Source: a virus
DNA: 64,000 bases
Strand: one strand, 5' to 3'
Virus record (IMG/VR): IMGVR_UViG_3300009151_000057
Coordinates: 11,078 to 75,077 of that record
Part shown: positions 9,843 through 20,280 of the stretch, in pieces
Position numbering within the stretch: position 1 is the first letter of the stretch
Layout of the letters: every line of letters begins with the position of its first letter
Notes under the pieces: model-generated
What the model saw: only the letters and a program-made list of their open reading frames with translations
The model's database searches: none
What the model was told of the DNA's origin: nothing
Made by a program: the position numbers and the translations under genes

Positions 9843-12398
9843 ATGTTCGAAAACTTTCAGAAATATGAAATGCCAACAGCAGCTGGCGTTCTTCTCCCCA
9901 AGATCAAGATAGATAAAAAATACTATGATCTAATTGGTGCTCCAGATCAATGTTCTAATTTTGATTTCCTAAGACACTTATGTTTCTACGGAGTGAAGAA
10001 AAAGGAAATTGATAAATCAGACAAAAAAGATATTTATTATAACAGAGTAAAAACAGAACTTTCTATTCTAAATGAACTTGGGTTTATTGATTATATTCTT
10101 TTGAATTGGGATATACTAAATTATTGTCATGAGAACGATATCCCCACAGGTCCAGGGAGGGGCAGTGCAGCTGGATCTTTGGTGCTTTTCTTAATTGGCG
10201 TCACAAAAGTAGATCCAATTAAATACGATCTTTATTTTGAAAGATTCGTGTCCAAGAGTAGAGCTAAGAAAATAGAATACAATGGAACAACTTACCTTGA
10301 TGGATCTTTGTTGGCTGATGTTGATAATGATATTAGTTATGAACGTCGCAAAGAAGTGATTCAATTTATTGAAAATAAATACGTAGGAAAAACTTGTAAA
10401 ATTCTTACAATGAATACCTTAAGTGGTAAACTATGTATCAAAGAATGTGGTAAAATAGTTGCTGAACTAGACGAAACATCGGTGAATGAAATTAGTGATT
10501 CAATTCCTAAAAAGTTTGGAAAAGTAGCACCCTTAAAAGAAGCGTATATTGAAAGTGAAAAATTTAAAATATTTGCGCTTAAATATCCAGAAGTTTATAA
10601 AATTGCTAGAAAGCTAGAAAATTTAAATAAAAATACAGGTGTTCATCCTTCTGGAATTGCAATCTCTCACGATGATTTGCGTGAATTAATGCCAGTGCAA
10701 AAAACTGGCGATGGAGATTTAGTTTCTGGTTACGATATGAACAACGTATCAGAATTAACTGTTAAATTTGATATTTTAGGACTTCGCACACTTTCTGTTG
10801 TTTATGATGTATGCAAGCAAATAGGAATGGATGTTACTGAAATAGACATGTCATCAAATTTAATTTTTGATAACCTTAGGGATCTAAGATGTGCGCAAGG
10901 ATTATTTCAAATCGAAGCTGATACAAATTTTTCAGTTTGCAAAAAGATTAAACCAAGGAATCTAGAAGAGCTTTCTGCAGTGGTTGCAATCGCAAGACCT
11001 GGAGCATTGGAGTTCGTATCTAATTACGCAACTTTTGTAGAGAGCGGTGATTTTCAAAGCGTTAATCCATTCTTTGACGATGTACTATCGTACACTGGTG
11101 GAATTCCATTGTATCAAGAACAGCTAATGAAGATGGCTGTAAAGGTTGGATTTACACTCGATGAGGCAGAGCAACTTAGACGCATTGTAGGCAAGAAAAA
11201 AGTAGATCAAATAGAAGCTTGGAAACAAAAAATCGAAGATAAAATTAAAGAAAATTTTTTAGATGAAAACATTGGCAATATTTTGTGGAAGGTCGCTGAA
11301 GACAGTGCAAACTACTCTTTCAATAAATCTCACTCTATATCTTATGCTATTCTTGCTGCTTGGACTATCTATCTCAAATTTAATCATCCTACTGAATTCT
11401 TTTTGAGTTTACTTAAATTAACTCAGCAAGAACAAGATCCATACGAAGAAATATCTAAAATTTCCAAAGAGCTTCCTTATTTTAATATTCAATTGCTTCA
11501 ACCAGACTTGACAAAATCTGGAATTGACTTTCAAAGAGAAAAATTAAATATTAGATATGGTTTAAATTCAATTAAGGGAGTTTCCACAAAAGTTCTTGAA
11601 TCATTGATTGAATTCAGACAGTCTAATTTTTCTAATAAATACGAAATTTTTACAGCTGCAAAAGATAGTGGATTAAATATCGGCGCATTGTCTGCGCTTA
11701 TACAAGCTGGAACACTAGATGGCTTTACAAACAATCGTTGTAGACTAGTCCTTGAAGCTCAATGCTTCAATATCCTAACAGATAAAGAGAAAAATCAATT
11801 TATTAATATTGGCGATGTTCATGAATATGATATTTTAAATTCCATCAAGAAATCAATGGATGAAAAATTAATAGGTGAAGATGGCAAACGAGTAATGACG
11901 GACAAAAGATTTGAAACATTTAAAAAGAAATACGTATCTTACAGAGAGATTTACGATAAAAATGCCAAACATCAAAAATTTGCAAACTGGTTTTTTGAAA
12001 AAAAATTATTGGGATATAGCTACTCTCATATCATAAGAGATATATTTAAAGATGCAGACGACAATAGATTTACAAATACTTTAGAATTTAGTTCTATGGA
12101 TAATAATGAAGTTGTCAAAGTAGTTGGTTGGGTGACAGATGCTGAAAAAAGAACAAGTAGAACAGGTAACAAATATTTAAAGGTTGCCATTCAAGATGAA
12201 TTGGGTTCATTATTCACAATGATGATAGATAACTCTAGAGAGACTAAAATGACGAAGTATTATGATGAGGGAGGAGTTACACCCAAAAAAGACAGCATTG
12301 TAATCTTGACTGGCAAGAAAGGTAATGATACCATGTTCTTGGATAACATTTTCATACTAGATGAAAAAATCTATATGAAACTTTCAGAATTAAAGTAG
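9843..12398 (+). CDS. dnaE: DNA polymerase III alpha catalytic core (lacks the PHP N-terminus)
   Basis: GPGRGSAAGSL, LYFERF, ADVDND (catalytic Asp), HPSG, KFDILGL, YQEQLM, YSFNKSHS, C-terminal OB fold. Confidence 0.95.
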   Translation: MFENFQKYEMPTAAGVLLPKIKIDKKYYDLIGAPDQCSNFDFLRHLCFYGVKKKEIDKSDKKDIYYNRVKTELSILNELGFIDYILLNWDILNYCHENDIPTGPGRGSAAGSLVLFLIGVTKVDPIKYDLYFERFVSKSRAKKIEYNGTTYLDGSLLADVDNDISYERRKEVIQFIENKYVGKTCKILTMNTLSGKLCIKECGKIVAELDETSVNEISDSIPKKFGKVAPLKEAYIESEKFKIFALKYPEVYKIARKLENLNKNTGVHPSGIAISHDDLRELMPVQKTGDGDLVSGYDMNNVSELTVKFDILGLRTLSVVYDVCKQIGMDVTEIDMSSNLIFDNLRDLRCAQGLFQIEADTNFSVCKKIKPRNLEELSAVVAIARPGALEFVSNYATFVESGDFQSVNPFFDDVLSYTGGIPLYQEQLMKMAVKVGFTLDEAEQLRRIVGKKKVDQIEAWKQKIEDKIKENFLDENIGNILWKVAEDSANYSFNKSHSISYAILAAWTIYLKFNHPTEFFLSLLKLTQQEQDPYEEISKISKELPYFNIQLLQPDLTKSGIDFQREKLNIRYGLNSIKGVSTKVLESLIEFRQSNFSNKYEIFTAAKDSGLNIGALSALIQAGTLDGFTNNRCRLVLEAQCFNILTDKEKNQFINIGDVHEYDILNSIKKSMDEKLIGEDGKRVMTDKRFETFKKKYVSYREIYDKNAKHQKFANWFFEKKLLGYSYSHIIRDIFKDADDNRFTNTLEFSSMDNNEVVKVVGWVTDAEKRTSRTGNKYLKVAIQDELGSLFTMMIDNSRETKMTKYYDEGGVTPKKDSIVILTGKKGNDTMFLDNIFILDEKIYMKLSELK

Positions 12399-12412
12399 TG
12401 TAAAATATGGAG

Positions 12413-14809
12413 ATGCAAGAATATAATTTAGTTCCGCGTGTCAAAAGATCAATAGAGTTTTCTATTGAACTGGCAAATAAATATAAACATCAACAAGTAA
12501 ATTGTTCTCATCTGTTATGCTCTTTACTTGACGAAGCTACACAACCAATTAAACTTATTTTTAATTCTTTCTCAATAAATATTGAGAATTTAAAAAAGGC
12601 ATTATTACTGGAGCTTCCAGTTCAAAATCCAGAATATTTTAAATCATCTAAAAAAGATGAATGGTGGTCTGGAGATATTGAATCAATTTTAAAAGATTCA
12701 TTTGATATGTCTCAAGATCTAGATCACCAATTTATTGGTATTGAACATTTGCTTTATTCAATTTTAAAATCTGATTGCGTAACAAAAAAATTTCTTTCTG
12801 AAAAAGGTGCTCCTTGTGAAGAAATTGCTGATGCAATCATCTCAATTTTAAATCCTTTTGATAAGCAACAGGAAACAAAAAAAGAAGATTCCGAAGTTCC
12901 TGAGCAAAAGAAAGAAAAGCATATAAGTAAATATTGTCAAAATTTAAATGAATTAGTATTAAAATTTAACACAAGAATCGAAGGAAGAAATCCAGAAATA
13001 AATAAATTAATAGAAATTATTTCTTGCAAAATAAAGAATAATGCTATTTTGATTGGAGATGCTGGTGTTGGTAAAACAGCAATTGTTGAAGGTTTAGCTC
13101 AAATGATTAATTTTGGAGATTGTCCAGTTTTTTTATCTGGATCTAAAATTTATTCATTAGATATTGGATTAATGCTTGCTGGAACAAAATATAGAGGTCA
13201 ATTTGAAGAAAGACTAAAAGGTCTTCTTGAAGAATTCAAAAATGATCCTCAGTCAATCTTGTTTATTGATGAAATTCATTCAATCGTTGGCGCTGGATCT
13301 AACGAAGGTTCAAATGATTTAGCTAATTTAATTAAGCCAGCTTTAGCTAGAGGAGAACTAAAATGTATTGGAGCCACAACAGCAGAAGAGTATAAAAAAT
13401 ACTTTGAAAAAGATTCTGCTTTAAATAGAAGATTTCAAACAATTAATGTTGAAGAACCCTCTAAAAAAGAAACTTTTTTAATTTTAAAGAAGTCTAAAGA
13501 AAATTATGAAAAATTTCATGGCGTAACATATAGCGATGAAATGATTGATAGTATATTAAATCTTTCTGAAAAGTATATGCCATATAGAAAGTTTCCAGAT
13601 AAAGCTTTTGATATTCTAGATAGGATTGGTGCGAGCGGAAAAATTAAAAAATTCAAAGTTCCAGATAATTTAAAGCAAATGGAAAAAAATATTATCAAGT
13701 ATATGGAAGATGGAATACTTGAACAAAAAGATAATAAAGAAAAGTGCGAAAAAATGCTTAAATCTTTTTTAAAGAAAAGAGAAAAATGGTTAACTAAAAC
13801 TAGTGATGAAATTTTTGAAATTCAAGAAACAGATATAAAAGATGTTATTTCAAATATAAGTGGGTTAAAAAAAGAAAATATAGAATTAAATTCTTCAAAA
13901 TCTATTCTTGTCTTAAATGAAGAAATAAAGTCAAAAGTTTTTGATCAGTCAGAAGTAATTGATAAAATTTACGAAATTCTTATTTGCTCAAAAGCGGGAA
14001 TTAAAAAAAGAAATAAAACAATAGCAAATTTTCTATTTGTTGGAGCTACAGGAGTTGGTAAAACATACACAGCAAAAGTCATAGCTGAAAAGTTTTACAA
14101 CAAATCAAATTCATTTCTTCAAATAGACATGGGAGAATTTGTTGAGAAAAATTCTATTTCTAAATTACTTGGCACAAGTGCTGGATACGTAGGATACGAA
14201 GAAGGTGGTTTACTTTCAGAATTTGTAAGGGCTAATCCTAATTCTTTAATTCTTTTTGATGAAGTAGAAAAAGCTCATCCAGAAATAACAAATATTCTTT
14301 TAAGGATAATGGATGAAGGTTGTATTATTGATAATTTTAATCGTAAAATTGACTTTTCTAACTGCATTATAGTGCTTACTGGTAATATTGGCGCAGAAAC
14401 AGAAACGGCACGTTCTATGGGCTTTTCTGATGCGCCATCAGACTCTAGTAAAAAGAACGACTATGAGAAAGCAATCAAACAGCAATTTAAACCAGAATTA
14501 ATTTCAAGATTAGATGAAACTTTAATTTTTAATGCTAAATTTTCAGAAGAGGGTTTATTTAAAATGATTAATTCAAACATCTCTGAAATAGAACATTGTC
14601 TTTTAGATAAAAAAATTAAATTAAATAAAAGCCAAGAACTTCAATCTTATTTATATAAATGCATTAAAAATGATGGAAACAATGCTAGAGCAGTACAAAA
14701 AGTATTAAGAACCAAATTTGAAATTCCACTTTCTAAATTTGTGGTTTCTAATGAAAATATTGAAGAAATTAATACGAAAATAGTTGACAACGAGGTTGTG
14801 TTTATGTAA
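12413..14809 (+). CDS. ClpA/ClpC-type AAA+ unfoldase
   Basis: Clp-N repeats; two AAA modules (GDAGVGKT/FIDEIH and GATGVGKT/LFDEVEKAH); KYRGQFEER; GYVGYEEGG; MGF ClpP-docking loop; start 12407 or 12413. Confidence 0.92.
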   Translation: MQEYNLVPRVKRSIEFSIELANKYKHQQVNCSHLLCSLLDEATQPIKLIFNSFSINIENLKKALLLELPVQNPEYFKSSKKDEWWSGDIESILKDSFDMSQDLDHQFIGIEHLLYSILKSDCVTKKFLSEKGAPCEEIADAIISILNPFDKQQETKKEDSEVPEQKKEKHISKYCQNLNELVLKFNTRIEGRNPEINKLIEIISCKIKNNAILIGDAGVGKTAIVEGLAQMINFGDCPVFLSGSKIYSLDIGLMLAGTKYRGQFEERLKGLLEEFKNDPQSILFIDEIHSIVGAGSNEGSNDLANLIKPALARGELKCIGATTAEEYKKYFEKDSALNRRFQTINVEEPSKKETFLILKKSKENYEKFHGVTYSDEMIDSILNLSEKYMPYRKFPDKAFDILDRIGASGKIKKFKVPDNLKQMEKNIIKYMEDGILEQKDNKEKCEKMLKSFLKKREKWLTKTSDEIFEIQETDIKDVISNISGLKKENIELNSSKSILVLNEEIKSKVFDQSEVIDKIYEILICSKAGIKKRNKTIANFLFVGATGVGKTYTAKVIAEKFYNKSNSFLQIDMGEFVEKNSISKLLGTSAGYVGYEEGGLLSEFVRANPNSLILFDEVEKAHPEITNILLRIMDEGCIIDNFNRKIDFSNCIIVLTGNIGAETETARSMGFSDAPSDSSKKNDYEKAIKQQFKPELISRLDETLIFNAKFSEEGLFKMINSNISEIEHCLLDKKIKLNKSQELQSYLYKCIKNDGNNARAVQKVLRTKFEIPLSKFVVSNENIEEINTKIVDNEVVFM

Positions 14810-14812
14810 TAT
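14784..14812 (+). promoter_or_regulatory. Sigma70-like promoter
   Basis: TTGACA-N17-TAATAT, then 7 nt to ATG 14820. Confidence 0.6.
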
Positions 14813-14819
14813 CTCACGT

Positions 14820-15026
14820 ATGAAGAATACTTCTGAACAAACTAATAATCTATTCACACGCATTGAAAATTCCAAGGGTCGTTTCTTTGGACTTTATTTG
14901 AAGAATGGCGATATTGTAAATGCGCAATTTCGTAATTCTACATCTTCTTACATTACTGTTTATGATCGTAATGCTAAGACAGCTCGAAAGTTTAAGAAGA
15001 CCAGTATCGCAGCTGCAACAGCTTAG
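14820..15026 (+). CDS. Small basic hypothetical protein
   Basis: 68-aa ORF with its own promoter and terminator. Confidence 0.7.
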   Translation: MKNTSEQTNNLFTRIENSKGRFFGLYLKNGDIVNAQFRNSTSSYITVYDRNAKTARKFKKTSIAAATA

Positions 15027-15047
15027 TACTTACTTGGTTTCGTTGGT

Positions 15048-15081
15048 AAAAACCTCACTGAGAAATCAGTGAGGTTTTTTT
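15048..15081 (+). terminator. Intrinsic terminator
   Basis: AAAAACCTCACTGA-GAAA-TCAGTGAGGTTTTTTT. Confidence 0.85.
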
Positions 15082-15103
15082 ATTTATAAATGTAATATAT
15101 AGT

Positions 15104-16186
15104 ATGAATTTAAGTACCTCGTTACATCAAAGATGTTTTGTCTTTCCTAGAGCTAATTTCGCAACAGATACACATAAAGAAATAATCCAAATCATTCTAG
15201 AAAAACACGGAGACAAAAATTTTGATAGCATCAAATTAATTGATGAAAATGATGAATATGATTCTTTTTTAGTTGAAGTGAATTCTAATTCTTTTTGTAT
15301 TAAAATTTCATTTGATGAAACTGCAATATTTTATGATTATATGACAATTGTTGGTATTCATCATTTAAATATAGCACCAATCGGAATAGATCGAGGACAA
15401 ATTGAATTTGGTAAAACTATTTATTATTCAATTCAAACATATGAACATTCTTTAAGTTTAAAGGAATATGGAGTTTCATCTATTTACTCAGATCTTTCTG
15501 ATAGTTTTAATATAGCATTAAATACATTACATTCTTATAAAATTCCAGATTATGCAAAAGACTACATAGATGACGTAAATTCTTACTTAGAATACAATAG
15601 ATTAAATTTTGAAAAAACAACTGAATTTGTAGAAGAATCAGAAAGAGAAAATTTTCTCTTTATAAAAGAAATATATAATGAAATTTATGATGATATGCTT
15701 AATATCACAAATAAAAATAAAGAAATAATTAAATCAGATACTTTAGTGCATGGAAATTTAGATCAAAGTACAATGATAATTAATTCTGGAAAATTTAGAT
15801 TTATTAATTTTGAAAATTGTTTTATGGGTTCTCATTATTTTGATTTAGCAAGTATATGTTATGAAATATCATCAAACGGAATTAATGAATATGATTTCAT
15901 CTCAAAACGTATATATAATTTAAATCTAACTGAAAATAGATTTACCGCCAAAAAAGAACTTTTAAAATATAAAATATGCAAAACAATCTGGTTGAGAAAA
16001 AAATTACTTGATTTAATCAAAGACTTTTTCAAAGAAACTATTATCTTAAATTCAGAAAGAAAAGATAAAATTTCTTTTTTAGCAAGTGAATTTTCAAGAC
16101 ATTTTTATGATTTTAATCAAATAGATGGATTTGTTAAAAATAAAGATATTTTTATACAAAAATTTGTTGGAATATTAGATTCCTAA
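15104..16186 (+). CDS. APH/choline-kinase-fold protein, probably catalytically degenerate
   Basis: LNTLH, LVHGNL, FINFE, YFDLA align with APH motifs HGDL and IDWE, with both Asp replaced by Asn. Confidence 0.65.
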   Translation: MNLSTSLHQRCFVFPRANFATDTHKEIIQIILEKHGDKNFDSIKLIDENDEYDSFLVEVNSNSFCIKISFDETAIFYDYMTIVGIHHLNIAPIGIDRGQIEFGKTIYYSIQTYEHSLSLKEYGVSSIYSDLSDSFNIALNTLHSYKIPDYAKDYIDDVNSYLEYNRLNFEKTTEFVEESERENFLFIKEIYNEIYDDMLNITNKNKEIIKSDTLVHGNLDQSTMIINSGKFRFINFENCFMGSHYFDLASICYEISSNGINEYDFISKRIYNLNLTENRFTAKKELLKYKICKTIWLRKKLLDLIKDFFKETIILNSERKDKISFLASEFSRHFYDFNQIDGFVKNKDIFIQKFVGILDS

Positions 16187-18952
16187 TTTTTGTTTGATTT
16201 TATCAATATCTAATTTCATTTCTTTTATCGCTGCAATTATTAAAGGAATTGTGTCGGTATATGCAAGTCCTAAAACACCATCTGGAGATGCAGAATCTAC
16301 AGCTTCTGGTAAAACTTTTTGAACATCTTGTGCTATTAAAAATGATCTTCTTGTATCTATAGGGTCATCTTTATAATTTCCAATTACTGTTCTTAATGTT
16401 GAAATTTTTTCAGAAGCTCCAGTTATATATTCAATAATATTTTTTTCTCTTTCATCTGAAAGAGCAGTCCAAGCAGTTCCTTGATTAGCTAAATACACGC
16501 CTCTTCCACTTTGATTTATTACATAAAAACGATTAGTACTATCTACACTATTAAACCATCCTGAGCCTCTAGTTACAGAAGGATGAGAAAAAGATATTTG
16601 ATAATTTCCTGTAGATGATATATTTAAAGCTGCATTTAAAGTGGTTGACCCACTAATAATAGGAGAAGAAATATTTCCAATAAATACTGAGCCACAACAA
16701 GGTTGTAAAACTAATTTATTTTTATTAGTATTGTTTCCATTGCTTGCGCTTATATAAGAATATTGATCAACTCCATTTTTGCAATATGCACCGATTGTTA
16801 AAACTTCATCGTCTTTTTTTATTGCAATATTTCTTACTACAGTTGAATCATTAGCAGTTCCCGCAAATCCAGCGGCAGCATCTATGACATTTGGACCAAA
16901 AACAGATGGATTAGAAATAGATATTCCAATATTAGTACAATTATCTATTCTTAAACCATTGCAAGCTGTACTATGAGATGCGATTGTTAATCCACAAGCT
17001 GTATTAACTCCAGATCTAGTATATAAAATCATTGCATCACAAGCGCATGTTATAGTATTAAAAGCGCCCACATCTACACTTGGATAAAAGAATAGTTGTC
17101 CTTGGTTTGGCGTTGCAGCATTTACTAAACCTAAAGCATATGCATTATCTACTCCACCCGCATTAACACAAAGTAATGCATGTCCATTTCCATCTATAAC
17201 CAACCTCTCAGATATAGTATTAGTAGAACTAACTTCACCTATAACAAATCCACCTCCACCTCCACCTTTTTGATTTAATAAATATGTTTTTCCATTACTT
17301 GCATCTTTATTCCATTCTAAATAGGCTCCTTGATCATGTGTGGTGCGAACACCTATACTAGTAATTGTATTTAATGAAGCATTTCCACCGCCTATACCAC
17401 CCGCTGCTATAATACATCCATAAGAACAAAATGTTTTATCTGGAAAAATTTTTGCTGCACATACTCTTCTATCCGCGTTTCTAGCGCCAGCTGGAGTAAC
17501 TAAAAATCTTAATTCACTAGATCCATCGGCCCAGTTTTGCGAATGCACAGAACTATGTACTATTACATTTTCATTTGCAAAATCTAAAAATTGACCCAAA
17601 CTATCACCATTAAGGAATTTATTTACTTGAACCAATTTTAGCCCATTCCAAGCGCCTGTATTGGCTCTTGCACAATTATTTATTTCTACTTGTGCATCTG
17701 CATTTATACACATTCCCATTTTGCCAGAAATCATCCATTGATGTTCTGTTATATAACCCCCTGCAGTTTGATTAAATCCATAACCCAAAGAGCCTGGATC
17801 ACTAGCTGTATAATCTCTAGATGCAAACCAATGATACCCATAGTTTCCATTGTCCGCACCAAATCTAGTTCTACTGCTTCTTAAAACAGCCAGACCTGAA
17901 AGATCTAAATTTTTTGAAACTGTTAAATTATCAGCAACAGTTACGCCACTAGCAAAATAAGCACATTGATTCCAAGCTAAAGTTAAAGCTAGTTTTCTTC
18001 TATCTGACGCATAAAAATTTGAAGTTTGATTTCCTCCAGATGGAGTAGTATAAAAATACATTTCAGATGCACCATTAATAGTAGCATTATTATTTGGATC
18101 AAATTGTCTATGCTGAATAGAATTAAAAGTATAACCAGAAGGATTCTGGACATCATACGCTATAGCTCCAAGCTTTTTATCATTTCTAGTATTTAAAACA
18201 ACCCAATCACCAGAACCAATAAATCCATTGAAATTATTACAAGAAAGAAAATAAGATTCAGTTATACTGCCTGGATCTCCATTATCATGAAGTAATAATT
18301 TTACTCTAGCATTACATCCTCTAAAAGTATGTCTTCTTGCATCATCATAAGTTTCAATTGTATTTCCTCCTCTATAGGCATAAGGATAAGCAGGATTACT
18401 TTGACCCGCTCTTATTTCATAATTGTATGAATAATATGTGCTATTATTACCAGAAGTGAATGTTCCTAATTGAACTATAGATCCTTGGTTTCCAACTCCA
18501 GTGCTATTATTTTGCATTCTTAACACATAGCCTGCATTAATATCACATTGCATATCCAAATGCCAATATGGAGATTCTGTACCAAGACCTAATTTTTTAC
18601 TATTAATAACTAATGCAGTTTTATCAGTTAAAGTTCCAAATCTTAACTGTCCATTACATGCAGAAAAATATGTCGCGGAATTATCTGTAGCAGTAAATCC
18701 TTTATTAGCATAAAGACACATTGATGCATCAGCATTTACTGAGTTGAATCCAAGTACATTGCTATGCAAAAATGATGTGTAGCCATTTGCTATATATAAA
18801 GCAGTTTGTTTATTTCTTGTTTGAATACAAAACGCCGCATCATTATCAGCGTTGTTTCCAGTTGGACCTACATAGTTACCAGAATTTTGAAGAACCGATT
18901 GACTTAAAGTAGAATTTATTTGTGTAGCTGTATTATTTAAAATAAAAGACAT
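16175..18952 (-). CDS. Tail fibre/spike with C-terminal intramolecular chaperone (Peptidase S74)
   Basis: G/N/S/T-rich beta repeats (LGLGTESP, IGISISNP); C-terminal SDEREKN...LIAQDVQKVLPEAV...AYTDTIPLIIAAIKEM. Confidence 0.88.
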   Translation of the reverse strand: MSFILNNTATQINSTLSQSVLQNSGNYVGPTGNNADNDAAFCIQTRNKQTALYIANGYTSFLHSNVLGFNSVNADASMCLYANKGFTATDNSATYFSACNGQLRFGTLTDKTALVINSKKLGLGTESPYWHLDMQCDINAGYVLRMQNNSTGVGNQGSIVQLGTFTSGNNSTYYSYNYEIRAGQSNPAYPYAYRGGNTIETYDDARRHTFRGCNARVKLLLHDNGDPGSITESYFLSCNNFNGFIGSGDWVVLNTRNDKKLGAIAYDVQNPSGYTFNSIQHRQFDPNNNATINGASEMYFYTTPSGGNQTSNFYASDRRKLALTLAWNQCAYFASGVTVADNLTVSKNLDLSGLAVLRSSRTRFGADNGNYGYHWFASRDYTASDPGSLGYGFNQTAGGYITEHQWMISGKMGMCINADAQVEINNCARANTGAWNGLKLVQVNKFLNGDSLGQFLDFANENVIVHSSVHSQNWADGSSELRFLVTPAGARNADRRVCAAKIFPDKTFCSYGCIIAAGGIGGGNASLNTITSIGVRTTHDQGAYLEWNKDASNGKTYLLNQKGGGGGGFVIGEVSSTNTISERLVIDGNGHALLCVNAGGVDNAYALGLVNAATPNQGQLFFYPSVDVGAFNTITCACDAMILYTRSGVNTACGLTIASHSTACNGLRIDNCTNIGISISNPSVFGPNVIDAAAGFAGTANDSTVVRNIAIKKDDEVLTIGAYCKNGVDQYSYISASNGNNTNKNKLVLQPCCGSVFIGNISSPIISGSTTLNAALNISSTGNYQISFSHPSVTRGSGWFNSVDSTNRFYVINQSGRGVYLANQGTAWTALSDEREKNIIEYITGASEKISTLRTVIGNYKDDPIDTRRSFLIAQDVQKVLPEAVDSASPDGVLGLAYTDTIPLIIAAIKEMKLDIDKIKQKLGI

Positions 18953-18953
18953 A

Positions 18954-19118
18954 TTATTTATTCCATTTTATTAAAAGATCCCAAATTTTTAAACATGTAT
19001 AAATAAAAGCAACAATTAATCCAGCAATTCTAAAAAAACCTTCTAAATTACTCCAAGATATGGCAATAGCTGCCAGATTTACGCCTGCTACCTTTCCTAT
19101 ATCTTGAAAATGTTCCAT
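18954..19118 (-). CDS. Small membrane protein (holin-like)
   Basis: 54 aa with two hydrophobic stretches; ATG 19118 preceded by GTGTAA. Confidence 0.55.
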   Translation of the reverse strand: MEHFQDIGKVAGVNLAAIAISWSNLEGFFRIAGLIVAFIYTCLKIWDLLIKWNK

Positions 19119-19154
19119 CTTTATTTTTACACTGTACAATTTATAATTGATATA

Positions 19155-20027
19155 ATGAAGTATATAATTTTTCAAGTCAATGGTGGCATTGGTAAATCAA
19201 TTATGGCTACTGCGGTATGTAGAGCCATCAAAAAAATGTACAAAGAACATAATTTAATTGTTTTAACTGGATATCCAGAGGTATTTATTGGGAATCCAAA
19301 TATTTATAGAGTATATAGGGTTGGAATGGCTCCATATTTTTACGATGATATTGTTAGAGGAAATGAAGTTATCTTCATGTGTGATGAACCGTATTTAGCG
19401 AAGGGTTATTTAACTAAAACAAAGCATCTAACAGAAGCATGGTGTGATATTTTAGGCGTTAAATTTGATGGAGTAAAACCAGAATTATTTATTAATCCAG
19501 TTGAACAAAATAAAACAAGAATGCAATCCCCAAACGGTAAACCAATTTTAATGTTTCAACCATTTGGAGGCGGTAGTAAAGAAGTGCAGTATAGTTGGAA
19601 TAGAGATATTCCACCGCACCAAGCTCAAATGATCGCTAATACACTAGGTCAAAAATTTCATGTTGTGCAAATTTGTAGGGAAGATCAAATTAAATTACAA
19701 AATGTACAACATGTACATGCACCATTTAGAGACTTATTTGGTTTGATTAATAGCGCAAATGCATTATTAGCAATTGATAGCTTCATGCAACATACTGCCG
19801 CAGCTTTAAATAAAAATGCTGTTGTTTGTTGGGTAACGAATAAACCAGATGTTTTTGGGTATAAAAATCATAAAAATATTTTACCAGATTCAAAACTTAA
19901 AGTAGTCAATAACTGCACTGTAGAAGGCTATATTGAAGAGTACGATTTTTCTGGACATCGCACGCATGATTATCCATACTCATCCGCAGACGTTTTCGAT
20001 CTAAATGAAATTATCAAAAACTTCTAA
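19155..20027 (+). CDS. GT9 (heptosyltransferase-like) GT-B glycosyltransferase
   Basis: GGIGKSIMATA, PEVFIGNP, FQPFGG, LLAIDSFMQHTAAAL. Confidence 0.75.
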   Translation: MKYIIFQVNGGIGKSIMATAVCRAIKKMYKEHNLIVLTGYPEVFIGNPNIYRVYRVGMAPYFYDDIVRGNEVIFMCDEPYLAKGYLTKTKHLTEAWCDILGVKFDGVKPELFINPVEQNKTRMQSPNGKPILMFQPFGGGSKEVQYSWNRDIPPHQAQMIANTLGQKFHVVQICREDQIKLQNVQHVHAPFRDLFGLINSANALLAIDSFMQHTAAALNKNAVVCWVTNKPDVFGYKNHKNILPDSKLKVVNNCTVEGYIEEYDFSGHRTHDYPYSSADVFDLNEIIKNF

Positions 20028-20034
20028 CATAAAA

Positions 20035-20256
20035 ATGAATATACAACCTGTAGAACAAGTATCGAATTATATGGCTCTTCAACCATTGTTTAGGGCAATG
20101 GATAAAGCTAATGATAATACGCCCGAAAATTCCCTTCCAATCAATACAGAAGGGACTATACAAGAAAATGCACATTCTTTACCACAGGTAACAATTTATA
20201 ATGAGCATGGAATTATTAATAAGCAACCACCTAATAGTTTAATAGCTTACGCATAA
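20035..20256 (+). CDS. Hypothetical protein
   Basis: 73-aa ORF from ATG 20035 ending before a terminator. Confidence 0.55.
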   Translation: MNIQPVEQVSNYMALQPLFRAMDKANDNTPENSLPINTEGTIQENAHSLPQVTIYNEHGIINKQPPNSLIAYA

Positions 20257-20280
20257 AAATTAATTCTTTTCATATAATAA

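Noticed and set aside
3029-12398. Inteins or introns in recA, dnaB or dnaE
   Set aside because: Protein lengths are normal, with no intein splice-junction motifs or LAGLIDADG inserts seen.
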